A DNA stretch of 64,000 bases from an uncultured Verrucomicrobiae bacterium (lineage in GTDB: Bacteria > Verrucomicrobiota > Verrucomicrobiia > Limisphaerales > Palsa-1400). The notes beneath the pieces were generated by a model. That model did no database searches. It saw only the letters and a list, made by a program, of their open reading frames with translations, and was not told the DNA's origin. A program made the translations under genes and the position numbers. Below, one piece after another: positions 56,735 to 64,000 of the stretch (positions are counted from its first letter, which is position 1; each line of letters begins with the position of its first letter). The stretch spans positions 1,600,001 to 1,664,000 of the forward strand of contig CAVXRD010000002.1 of NCBI GenBank assembly GCA_963764165.1, in the 5' to 3' direction.

Positions 56735-58051
56735 TTACGCCTTGGGCGCCGGAGCCACGTCCTCAATGCGCGCAAACTGCACCAGCAGATCAATCACCTT
56801 TTCGCTCTGGATTTGATTGACCACGTCGTTGATGCGGCGGCTTTTTTCCATGTCCTTGTAAAACTTGTCGAAGGGCATCTTGTATTGCGCGGCCATTTCC
56901 TGCAGCCGGCGGAACACCTCCATCTGCTCCACGCGAATGCCTTCCTTGGCGGCCACCGCTTGAAAAATGAAGTGCGCCTTGACCCGCTGCTGGGCAACGC
57001 CCTTGGCCGTCGCATAAATCTGGTCTGCCTGCGCGTCGAGGGCATCCTTGGCCATGCCGCGCTGGGTGTTTTCGTGGACGATATTATAGACGACGTTCTG
57101 CGTCTCCTGCTCCACCATCGTTTCGGGAAGCGGAATTTCGATTTTGCCCACCAGCGCCTCAGCGGCCTGGTTCCGGACGCTTCGAATTTGCTTGTTGTTC
57201 AGCTCATTCTGCAAATCGGCCCGCACACCTTCGCGAAGCTTGTCCAGGGAATCGACCCCGAACGATTTGGCAAAGGTCTCGTCAATGGCCGGGGCGATCT
57301 TTTCCTTCGCCTCGACCAATTCCACTTCGTAATCACCCTTTTTGCCAACCAATTGCGGCACCACAAAATCGGCGGGAAAATCAATCGAGATCGTGCGTTT
57401 CTCGCCCGCTTTCATGCCGGCCAGCTTGCTGCCAAAACCGGGAATGAAGGAGGTCGCGTCCACTGGAACCCAGAAATTCTTCTTCTCCGTCAGCCCTTTG
57501 GCAGTCGGGGAAAGTTCTGTAATCGGCTTGCCCTCGACGGTGCCGGTATAATTGATGACCGCGACGTCGCCTTCGGCCACTTCGCGCGCGACTGTTTTGT
57601 ATTCGGTCCGCTGATCGGCCAAAACTTTGAGGGCGCGATCGATATCTTCCGGAGTCACCGAGCCGGTTTCGCGCTTGACCTCAAGGCCTTTGTATTCCGG
57701 AAGCTCGAAGTTCGGCGCGACTTCCGTGGTCACGGCGAATTGCATCGCCACCCCGCGCCCGAATTGGATGTCTTCCACGTCCGGGCTGCCGACGACGGTG
57801 ATTTTATTTTCTTTGACCGCATCGCGAAAACCTTCCTGCATGAGGCGCGTCTTGGCTTCGTCTTCAATCTCCTTTTGGTAGCGCTTGGCCACCATGTCCT
57901 TGGGAGCTTTGCCGGGGCGGAAGCCTGGCAGGCGCGCCTCGCGCTGAAAGCCGGCGGTGATTTCGCCAAAGACGGCGTCCACCTTGGCCGGCTCGATTTC
58001 CACGCGCACGAGGCGTTTGCAGGGCGCCAAATTTTCAACGGTCACATTCAC
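56735..58051 (-). CDS. tig: Trigger factor
   Basis: LPGFRPGKAP ribosome-binding motif, FKBP-like domain (FIPGF); GTG start. Confidence 0.95.
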   Translation of the reverse strand: MNVTVENLAPCKRLVRVEIEPAKVDAVFGEITAGFQREARLPGFRPGKAPKDMVAKRYQKEIEDEAKTRLMQEGFRDAVKENKITVVGSPDVEDIQFGRGVAMQFAVTTEVAPNFELPEYKGLEVKRETGSVTPEDIDRALKVLADQRTEYKTVAREVAEGDVAVINYTGTVEGKPITELSPTAKGLTEKKNFWVPVDATSFIPGFGSKLAGMKAGEKRTISIDFPADFVVPQLVGKKGDYEVELVEAKEKIAPAIDETFAKSFGVDSLDKLREGVRADLQNELNNKQIRSVRNQAAEALVGKIEIPLPETMVEQETQNVVYNIVHENTQRGMAKDALDAQADQIYATAKGVAQQRVKAHFIFQAVAAKEGIRVEQMEVFRRLQEMAAQYKMPFDKFYKDMEKSRRINDVVNQIQSEKVIDLLVQFARIEDVAPAPKA

Positions 58052-58200
58052 AAAAAAGCCTTTCAATTTCGCGGTCCGGGAGGGTTCTTCAAGTTTAACT
58101 CCACTGCCACCAGTTGCGAGGTCTAACCCAGCCGCGAGCCGGATAATTTACGGGAGACGAGCGACTCCCGTCAAGCCGTGGATTCTGATTTTAACGGCGT

Positions 58201-58225
58201 AGGAGCGCCTCGGCGAGGCGTCCCG
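58201..58225. repeat. Single REP arm
   Basis: aggagcgcctcggcgaggcgtccc. Confidence 0.6.
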
Positions 58226-58229
58226 GCCT

Positions 58230-58799
58230 TTACCGAGACTCAGCGCGCTTCTTCAGGGACTTCAAGCCGGATTCAAAATGCTGGCCCATCATTTTGTCCA
58301 TGTTCATGAAGACGCTCATCACTTTGGCCATGAACGGATTGGTGCCGGTCATCTTCCAGATGACGCGCGTGCCGGTTGCGGTCGGCACAAGGATGAATTC
58401 GTTCGCATTATGCGCGACGAATGGTCGCTCGAAATCAACCTTCACCGTGATTTTCGAAGACGCAGCGGATTCCACGATTTCCATTTTACCCTGGCCCGTG
58501 CTGCCGCGCCCACGCCATTCAGAGACTGCCCCGACTCCGCTCGCCGCGCCGGAAAAAGTGCGTTTCATGGACGCGTCCTCCTGATCCTGCGGCGCCCATT
58601 CCGGCCAATGGTGGAAGTCGTTAAGAAGATCGAAAACGCGGCTGGCAGGCGCGTGAATTTCTGTTTCGCGCTGGACGGATATGGTCTCCGGCTTCGTTGC
58701 AGCCAGACCAAGCACCACCGCGACGATGAGAACAAGGACTCCAGCAAGGATGAGCGCCGCTGTCATGGTTTTCCGCGATAATTTCCGATCCGTTGCCAT
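58230..58799 (-). CDS. SRPBCC / polyketide cyclase family protein
   Basis: VQRETEIHAP..DFHHWPEW..G..FESGLKSLK. Confidence 0.88.
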   Translation of the reverse strand: MATDRKLSRKTMTAALILAGVLVLIVAVVLGLAATKPETISVQRETEIHAPASRVFDLLNDFHHWPEWAPQDQEDASMKRTFSGAASGVGAVSEWRGRGSTGQGKMEIVESAASSKITVKVDFERPFVAHNANEFILVPTATGTRVIWKMTGTNPFMAKVMSVFMNMDKMMGQHFESGLKSLKKRAESR

Positions 58800-58815
58800 G
58801 AGTCAAGTATCCGAA

Positions 58816-59127
58816 TTACGAGGCAGTCCAATGCCGGAGCACGCGATGCTTGGGCGTGGCGGTGCGGAAGCTGCGGCGGGTCGAGATGAGCTGGCGGCGG
58901 TGAAGGATTTTCATGGCGGTTTGAACGGCGCTCTTGGAAAGCCCTGACGACTCCGCAATATCCCGCAGGCTCGCCTCCACCGGACGCCAGCGCGATCGCG
59001 CCGACGCCGCGTAAAGATGAAGAAACACCAGGAAGGCCGAGGGCTGCTTGTCATGGCCCACGATGTCGCGCAGGAGAACATCCAGCACGTAATCCTCCAC
59101 CGGAACCGAGCGGCGCGAGCGAGCCAT
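58816..59127 (-). CDS. Winged helix-turn-helix DNA-binding protein
   Basis: SLRDIAESSGLSKSAVQTAMKIL HTH. Confidence 0.75.
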   Translation of the reverse strand: MARSRRSVPVEDYVLDVLLRDIVGHDKQPSAFLVFLHLYAASARSRWRPVEASLRDIAESSGLSKSAVQTAMKILHRRQLISTRRSFRTATPKHRVLRHWTAS

Positions 59128-59210
59128 GCCGCAAGATACGCTATACCTGTAATCGGACAAGATTTTTTCGCTCAACGCCGTCTTTCTGTTCGACAGCTTT
59201 CCGGCGGCGA

Positions 59211-59594
59211 ATGAAACTCCGAACCATGATTAAACAAATCAAACTCGTCACCATTCCAGTGCGCGACCAAAAGCGGGCGCTGGAGTTTTACACCGAAAAA
59301 CTCGGCTTCACCATCATCACCGATCAGCCGTTTGGCAAACAGCGGTGGATCGAATTGCGAATTCCAAAGGCGGAAACGCGCATCGCGATATTCACGCCGG
59401 AGGGATTCGAGAGCCGCATCGGCGCGTTCACCGGAATTACATTTGACTGCGCAGACGTGCAAGAGTCTTACAACGAACTGCTGGCTAAAGGCGTCGAATT
59501 TGAAGGTCCGCCGGAGAAACAACCTTGGGGCACTTACGCAATGTTCAAAGACAGCGAAGGGAATTCGTTCGTGATCTCGGAATCGAAGGGATAG
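59211..59594 (+). CDS. VOC/glyoxalase family protein
   Basis: VRDQKRALEFYTEKLGF, PWGTYAMFKDSEGN. Confidence 0.92.
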   Translation: MKLRTMIKQIKLVTIPVRDQKRALEFYTEKLGFTIITDQPFGKQRWIELRIPKAETRIAIFTPEGFESRIGAFTGITFDCADVQESYNELLAKGVEFEGPPEKQPWGTYAMFKDSEGNSFVISESKG

Positions 59595-59608
59595 CGCCCC
59601 AATCCCCA

Positions 59609-59725
59609 AGGGACGCCTCGCCGAGGCGTCCGGGTGCGCGGGATCAATAACACGGCGTGCGCCTAGATAATGCCTCACTTCGGACGCCTCGGGCCGAAGT
59701 TCGGCTTCCCAAAGGCGTCCCTGCC
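59609..59725. repeat. REP doublet whose second arm carries an inserted hairpin
   Basis: ggacgcctcgccgaggcgtccgg ... cggacgcctc-gggccgaagttcggcttcccaa-aggcgtccctgcc. Confidence 0.75.
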
Positions 59726-59763
59726 AAATTCCGTCCCATGGCCGCGCCATTTCTGCATTGGAT

Positions 59764-60443
59764 TGCGCGGCGGCTTCCAGTTAGCCTCTCCGGCTATTAG
59801 TAAAGAACTGATCGAGTATTCGTTGCTGGCGCTGGGGTCGCTCTTCGCGATTCTTGACCCCATCGCGGTCGTCCCGGCCTTCATGGCCATGACAGCGGAG
59901 GACACCGCGAAGGACAAATTGCGAATGGCGCGCCTGGCTTGTTCGGTCGCGGCCGGTGTGCTCATGCTCTTTGCGGCGGCGGGCGATTTGATTTTCAAAG
60001 TGATGGGCATCACCCTGCCCGCTTTCGAATTGGCGGGAAGCATCCTGTTGCTGCGCATCGCGCTGGACATGCTTTACGCCAAACGCTCGGCCACGCGCGA
60101 GACGGCGGAAGAAGTCGCCGAAGGCGCGGCCAAGGAGGATATTGCGATCTCGCCCCTCGGAGTGCCGATGCTGGCAGGCCCGGGGTCGATTACGACGGCG
60201 CTAATCTTGTATCACACTGCCAAAGGCCCGGCGCAAATTGCGGCGTTGTTTATCTCGATCTTCCTGGTGTGCCTGGCGTCGTATATCATTTTGTGGCTGG
60301 TCGTGCATGGCACGCGTTTTCTCAACCCGCTCATTCTGAAATTGCTGACACGGCTATTCGGGCTTCTTCTCGCCGCCATGGCTGTCCAATTCGTCCTGAA
60401 CGCCCTCAAGGCCCTTAAGGAGTCGAATTTTCTTGGGAGATAA
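59764..60443 (+). CDS. MarC family membrane protein
   Basis: LFAILDPI, FELAGSILL, IAISPLGVPMLAGPGSIT, TRLFGLLLAAMAVQF; start uncertain (nearest in-frame TTG at 59764). Confidence 0.88.
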
Positions 60444-61055
60444 TATGGGAATGAAATCCGGATTTTTATACATCTCCGGATGCAGCACGCCGACGAATGG
60501 CAAATTCCGGTAGCGCTCCGCGTAATCCAATCCGTAGCCGACCACAAAATGGTTCGGAATCGTAAAGCCGACATAATCCGCGACCACCTTTTCCACCCGG
60601 CGCGACGGCTTGTCGAGCAGGACGCAAATCTTGATTTGCAGCGGGCCCAGCCGGCGCAAAATCGAATTCACCCGGAACAGCGTCTTGCCCGTGTCAAGAA
60701 TATCGTCCACCAGCAGCACGTCGCGCCCGCTGACGTCCAGGCGCAGCTCCTTGGTGAAGACCAGCTCGGAGGATTCCGTCCCCGCCCCGTAACTGGAGAC
60801 GCCAATAAAATCCAGCCGCACCGGCAGCGAAATCTCGCGCAATAAATCCGCCAGAAACATCACCGTGCCGTTGAGCAGCGCGACGATGACCAAATCGCGC
60901 CCGGCAAAATCCTTCTGGATTTGCCGCGCCAGCGAGCGGACGCGCGTGGCGATCCGCTCCTGCGAGATCAGGACGGATTCAATCTCCTTGCGCCAATGCG
61001 GCGGCGGGAGCTTGGACGGGCTTGTTCGTTTTTTTTTCGCGACCGGCTTGGCCAT
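60354..61055 (-). CDS. hpt: Hypoxanthine phosphoribosyltransferase
   Basis: VLLVDDILDTGKTL, LLDKP, FVVGYGLDYAERYRNLP. Confidence 0.95.
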   Translation of the reverse strand: MAKPVAKKKRTSPSKLPPPHWRKEIESVLISQERIATRVRSLARQIQKDFAGRDLVIVALLNGTVMFLADLLREISLPVRLDFIGVSSYGAGTESSELVFTKELRLDVSGRDVLLVDDILDTGKTLFRVNSILRRLGPLQIKICVLLDKPSRRVEKVVADYVGFTIPNHFVVGYGLDYAERYRNLPFVGVLHPEMYKNPDFIPILSPKKIRLLKGLEGVQDELDSHGGEKKPE

Positions 61056-61119
61056 TCCGAGAATTTACGGAGAAAGTTTAAGGTTTAAAGATCAAAGTTG
61101 ACCGATTATAAGAACGGTC

Positions 61120-61725
61120 ATGCAATTCCTGGCACAAGGCGGGTTGATGATCTGGGTCATCGTGGCGGCGAGCGCGGTGGCCTTGACCGTCTTTTTCGAC
61201 CGCCTGCTCCAATATCATCGCGACCAGATTGATTCGACTCAATTTCTAAACGGCGTGCGCAACGTGCTCAAGCGCGACAACATCGTCGAGGCGCTGGCGA
61301 TTTGCGATGCCACACCCGGCCCGGTCCCGCGCCTAGTGAAGACCGCCATTCTCAATCGCGAGCGCGGGCGCGAAGCCGTGCGCGAGGCGCTGGAGGACGC
61401 CGGCTCGTGGGAAGTGCCGCGGCTTGAAAACAAACTCAACGTGCTGGCAACGGTGGCGCAAATCGCGCCGCTGCTGGGATTGCTCGGCACGGTGATTGGT
61501 TTCATGAAATTTTTCGACAAGCTGCAAAGCGCGGGCCTCAATGCCAACCTCAACATTTTGTCCGGCGGCATCCGCGAGGCCCTGGTTTGCACCGCGGCGG
61601 GCCTGGCGGTTTCCATCCCTTGTTACGCGGGCTATAATTACCTGGTCGGGCGCGTCAATACGATTGTTTTGGACATGGAGCAAATCTCCAGCGAAATCCT
61701 CAATGCCGTTTCCGATCCGCCATGA
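61120..61725 (+). CDS. MotA/TolQ/ExbB proton channel protein
   Basis: APLLGLLGTV, GGIREALVCTAAGL. Confidence 0.92.
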   Translation: MQFLAQGGLMIWVIVAASAVALTVFFDRLLQYHRDQIDSTQFLNGVRNVLKRDNIVEALAICDATPGPVPRLVKTAILNRERGREAVREALEDAGSWEVPRLENKLNVLATVAQIAPLLGLLGTVIGFMKFFDKLQSAGLNANLNILSGGIREALVCTAAGLAVSIPCYAGYNYLVGRVNTIVLDMEQISSEILNAVSDPP

Positions 61726-62342
61726 GATTCGCCCGCAACGCGCATATTTTCCGCGGCTCCCTTGATCCCGCCCCGCTCGCCGCGGTGCTTCTGCTCCTGA
61801 TGATGTTCATAATGGTCAGCTCGCTCATCTACACACCGGGCGTGATTGTCGATCTGGGCCAGACTATCCTCGTCACCAGGACAAACGGCGTCGCCTTCGC
61901 CGGAAAGAATTATTTGCGGACGGAGCTCGAGCAATTGCGGACGGACTTGAAAAAAGCGCCAGCCGACGGCGGATTTACCGTGATCATGGAGCCGGGCGCC
62001 AGTCCAGCGCTTGGAGCGCAGGTGAGCAATTTATTCCAAATCAGATTGCCGCAAGGCACAAATCTGATCGGAACGGATGACGCGCGCGCAGTCGTTTCGG
62101 TGAATTTTCGCGGACAATTTTTCTATGAAAACCGGCTGGTGACGGATTCGGAATTGAAGAGCGCCCTGTCCGGCCAACTCAAAGCGGCCCGGCAGGATGG
62201 CAGGGAATTCATGCTGTTCGTCTATTTGGACAAAGCGGCTGAAAGCCAGATGGAAACCCACCTGGAGAATATTGCGCGCGAAGCGGGCGTGACGAAAATT
62301 CTCCGCGTCCAGCAGCCGCCCGGTTTCGGCGGGCAGTTATGA
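61722..62342 (+). CDS. ExbD/TolR-like protein (long, atypical)
   Basis: Single N-terminal TM, ATGA overlap with exbB, C-terminal LDKAA..REAGV pattern. Confidence 0.75.
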   Translation: MRFARNAHIFRGSLDPAPLAAVLLLLMMFIMVSSLIYTPGVIVDLGQTILVTRTNGVAFAGKNYLRTELEQLRTDLKKAPADGGFTVIMEPGASPALGAQVSNLFQIRLPQGTNLIGTDDARAVVSVNFRGQFFYENRLVTDSELKSALSGQLKAARQDGREFMLFVYLDKAAESQMETHLENIAREAGVTKILRVQQPPGFGGQL

Positions 62343-63106
62343 AAGCCAAGCGCCCGTGCCCGCAATTCCCGCCTGCGTGGACCCGCAAGAATCTGATCGC
62401 GATCATCGCCGTGCTGCTGGTGTTGCAAGCAGGTTTGATTTTGCTCTTCGGAAGCTGGTCCGCCCCGGCGCCCGCCGCGCCGCCGCCGCCTGTTCATTTC
62501 ACCGCCTTGTCCGCTCCGGCCAGCAGCGATGATTTGATGCGGCAATTTTTTGTGTGCGATCCTTCCGTGTTTATCTTCCCGAATCGGCACGATTTTTCAG
62601 GCCGCGGCTGGCTCAACGACACGCCGGCGGGTTACCAATCCACCGATTCACTCGAAGCACCCGCGCTGCTCGCGCTGAATCCGACGCGGCTGGGAACAAA
62701 TTTTGCCGGGCTGCCGCATCCGTATGCAAATGTCCAGCCGGCGAACCTTCCCGAGCCGCCCTCGGAGCGCGAAGAGCCGCTTCCGTCATTCTTGAAACCC
62801 GATGTCCTTCCCACCCAATCGTCATTTCAAATCGAAGGCGAATTGGCCAATCGCTGGCTCGGGCCGGAGCCTTCGTTGAAATCGTGGCCGAGCGCGGCCC
62901 AGGTTTTGAAATCGTCACGAGTGCAAATTGCCGTGGACGCCGCCGGCGGCGTAGTGGCGTCGCGATTGGAGAGCGGCTGCGGATTGGCGGAGGCGGATGG
63001 CGCGGCCGTCGCGGCATCGCGCGCGCTTCGGTTTCGTCCGGCGCCGCGCACCGGGGCACAGTGGGGCGAAACCGTGTTCCACTGGCACACCGCCGCGCCG
63101 AAATAA
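62339..63106 (+). CDS. TonB-like protein (TM anchor, Pro-rich region, TonB_C-like domain)
   Basis: VQIAVDAAGGV..SGC..AD.AA..RFRP C-terminal pattern. Confidence 0.7.
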   Translation: MKAKRPCPQFPPAWTRKNLIAIIAVLLVLQAGLILLFGSWSAPAPAAPPPPVHFTALSAPASSDDLMRQFFVCDPSVFIFPNRHDFSGRGWLNDTPAGYQSTDSLEAPALLALNPTRLGTNFAGLPHPYANVQPANLPEPPSEREEPLPSFLKPDVLPTQSSFQIEGELANRWLGPEPSLKSWPSAAQVLKSSRVQIAVDAAGGVVASRLESGCGLAEADGAAVAASRALRFRPAPRTGAQWGETVFHWHTAAPK

Positions 63107-63115
63107 AGCTATCGC

Positions 63116-63340
63116 ATGTCTTCCCAGCAGCTCATTGAGGTGTATGTCGTTTCTCTTCTTGCGGGGCTTGCGATCTTGGCCATATATTCTGAAGTTCGCA
63201 TCCGGCGATTTGGGCCGGCGCGGAAACAGGACCGCATTTTTCGCTGCGAACGCTGCAGCGCTATTTACACGGACGACGCGGACGCAGATCGCTCCCGTTG
63301 CTCGCAGTGCGGAACTCTCAATGAACCGTTCGAGTTTTAA
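63116..63340 (+). CDS. Small membrane-anchored zinc-ribbon protein
   Basis: TM helix followed by CERC..CSQC. Confidence 0.7.
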   Translation: MSSQQLIEVYVVSLLAGLAILAIYSEVRIRRFGPARKQDRIFRCERCSAIYTDDADADRSRCSQCGTLNEPFEF

Positions 63341-63359
63341 TATTTTTATTTTTTAACCT

Positions 63360-64000
63360 ATGGGAATGTGGATCGGCAGAAATCGCAAAGCGCGCGTCAC
63401 CTATGGTTTTGACGAGATCGCGCTCGTTCCCGGAGAAGTGACCGTCAATCCCAACGAGGTCAGCACCTCCTTCAAAATCCCCCGCAAAGATGGCGGCGCC
63501 ATCGAGCTCAAAATCCCCATCATCGCCAGCGCGATGGACGGCGTGACGGACGTCCGTTTTTGCATCGCGATGGGCCAGCTCGGCGGCCTCGGCGTGATCA
63601 ATCTCGAAGGCGTGCAGACGCGCTACGAGAATCCCGAGGAAGTCCTCAATCGCGTGGTCAACGCCAGCAAGGACGACGTCACCGCGCTCATCCAGAAACT
63701 TTACCTGGAGCCGATCAAGGAAGAATTGATTGCCAGGCGCATCAAGGAATTGAAAGCGGCCGGCGTTCTCGCCGCCGTCAGTTCGATCCCGCAAAAGGCG
63801 GAGAGGTTTGGGGCGATTGCGCAGGAAGCGGGCGCGGATGTTTTCGTCGTCCAATCCACCGTCTCGACCGTCAAACATATTTCGACGGAATACAAGACGC
63901 TCGAGCTGGCTGATTTCTGCAAGATGATGAAAATCCCGGTCATCGTCGGCAACGCTGTCACGTATAACGTCACCAAGCAATTGATGGCCTGCGGCGTGGC
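63360..64000 (+). CDS. GuaB3-type IMP dehydrogenase-related protein (partial, runs off the window)
   Basis: Hand-translated: MGMWIGRNRKARVTYGFDEIALVPG..IPIIASAMDGV..LGGLGVINLEG..VVQST..PVIVGN; absent from the ORF track because no stop lies in the window. Confidence 0.88.
   Translation, partial: MGMWIGRNRKARVTYGFDEIALVPGEVTVNPNEVSTSFKIPRKDGGAIELKIPIIASAMDGVTDVRFCIAMGQLGGLGVINLEGVQTRYENPEEVLNRVVNASKDDVTALIQKLYLEPIKEELIARRIKELKAAGVLAAVSSIPQKAERFGAIAQEAGADVFVVQSTVSTVKHISTEYKTLELADFCKMMKIPVIVGNAVTYNVTKQLMACGV

Noticed and set aside
56120..58126. 668-aa plus-strand ORF
   Set aside because: Antisense to tig and the NlpC/P60 gene; typical high-GC shadow ORF.
58067..58200. tRNA upstream of tig
   Set aside because: No cloverleaf, T-loop GTTCRA or CCA end seen.

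Overview
High-GC bacterial chromosomal window. Gene content (DUF5069, prepilin-type proteins, ECF/Ser-Thr kinase pair, BspA-like LRR protein with an STNL..W..YR tail, GuaB3) suggests Verrucomicrobiota, probably Pedosphaera/Limisphaerales-like; this is inference, not a database result. It holds about 57 genes. Housekeeping genes are infA, a uvrA homologue, rpoD, hisC, htrA, rlmN, an RluA-family gene, FKBP, a DEAD-box helicase, tig, hpt, exbBD/TonB-like genes and a partial GuaB3 gene. Accessory content includes a stress-type cluster with a GT4 + GH130 pair, a hybrid kinase, an ECF-kinase-LRR cluster and an intact IS630 next to a rhuM remnant. The most notable structure is at 1.5-4.0 kb. A GxxExxY (PD-(D/E)xK) nuclease gene lies among seven copies of a 30-bp arm with 10-bp periodicity. 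Six arms form three ~130-143-bp palindromic elements: one sits before the nuclease gene and two bracket a lipoprotein gene, the last followed by a decayed second nuclease copy. This looks like a REP/RAYT- or cassette-like system with a different enzyme. At least four other REP-like palindrome families occur, one inserted in-frame in the RluA-family gene. Exported proteins show strong Thr-Asn dipeptide enrichment. No tRNA, rRNA or CRISPR array was recognised.
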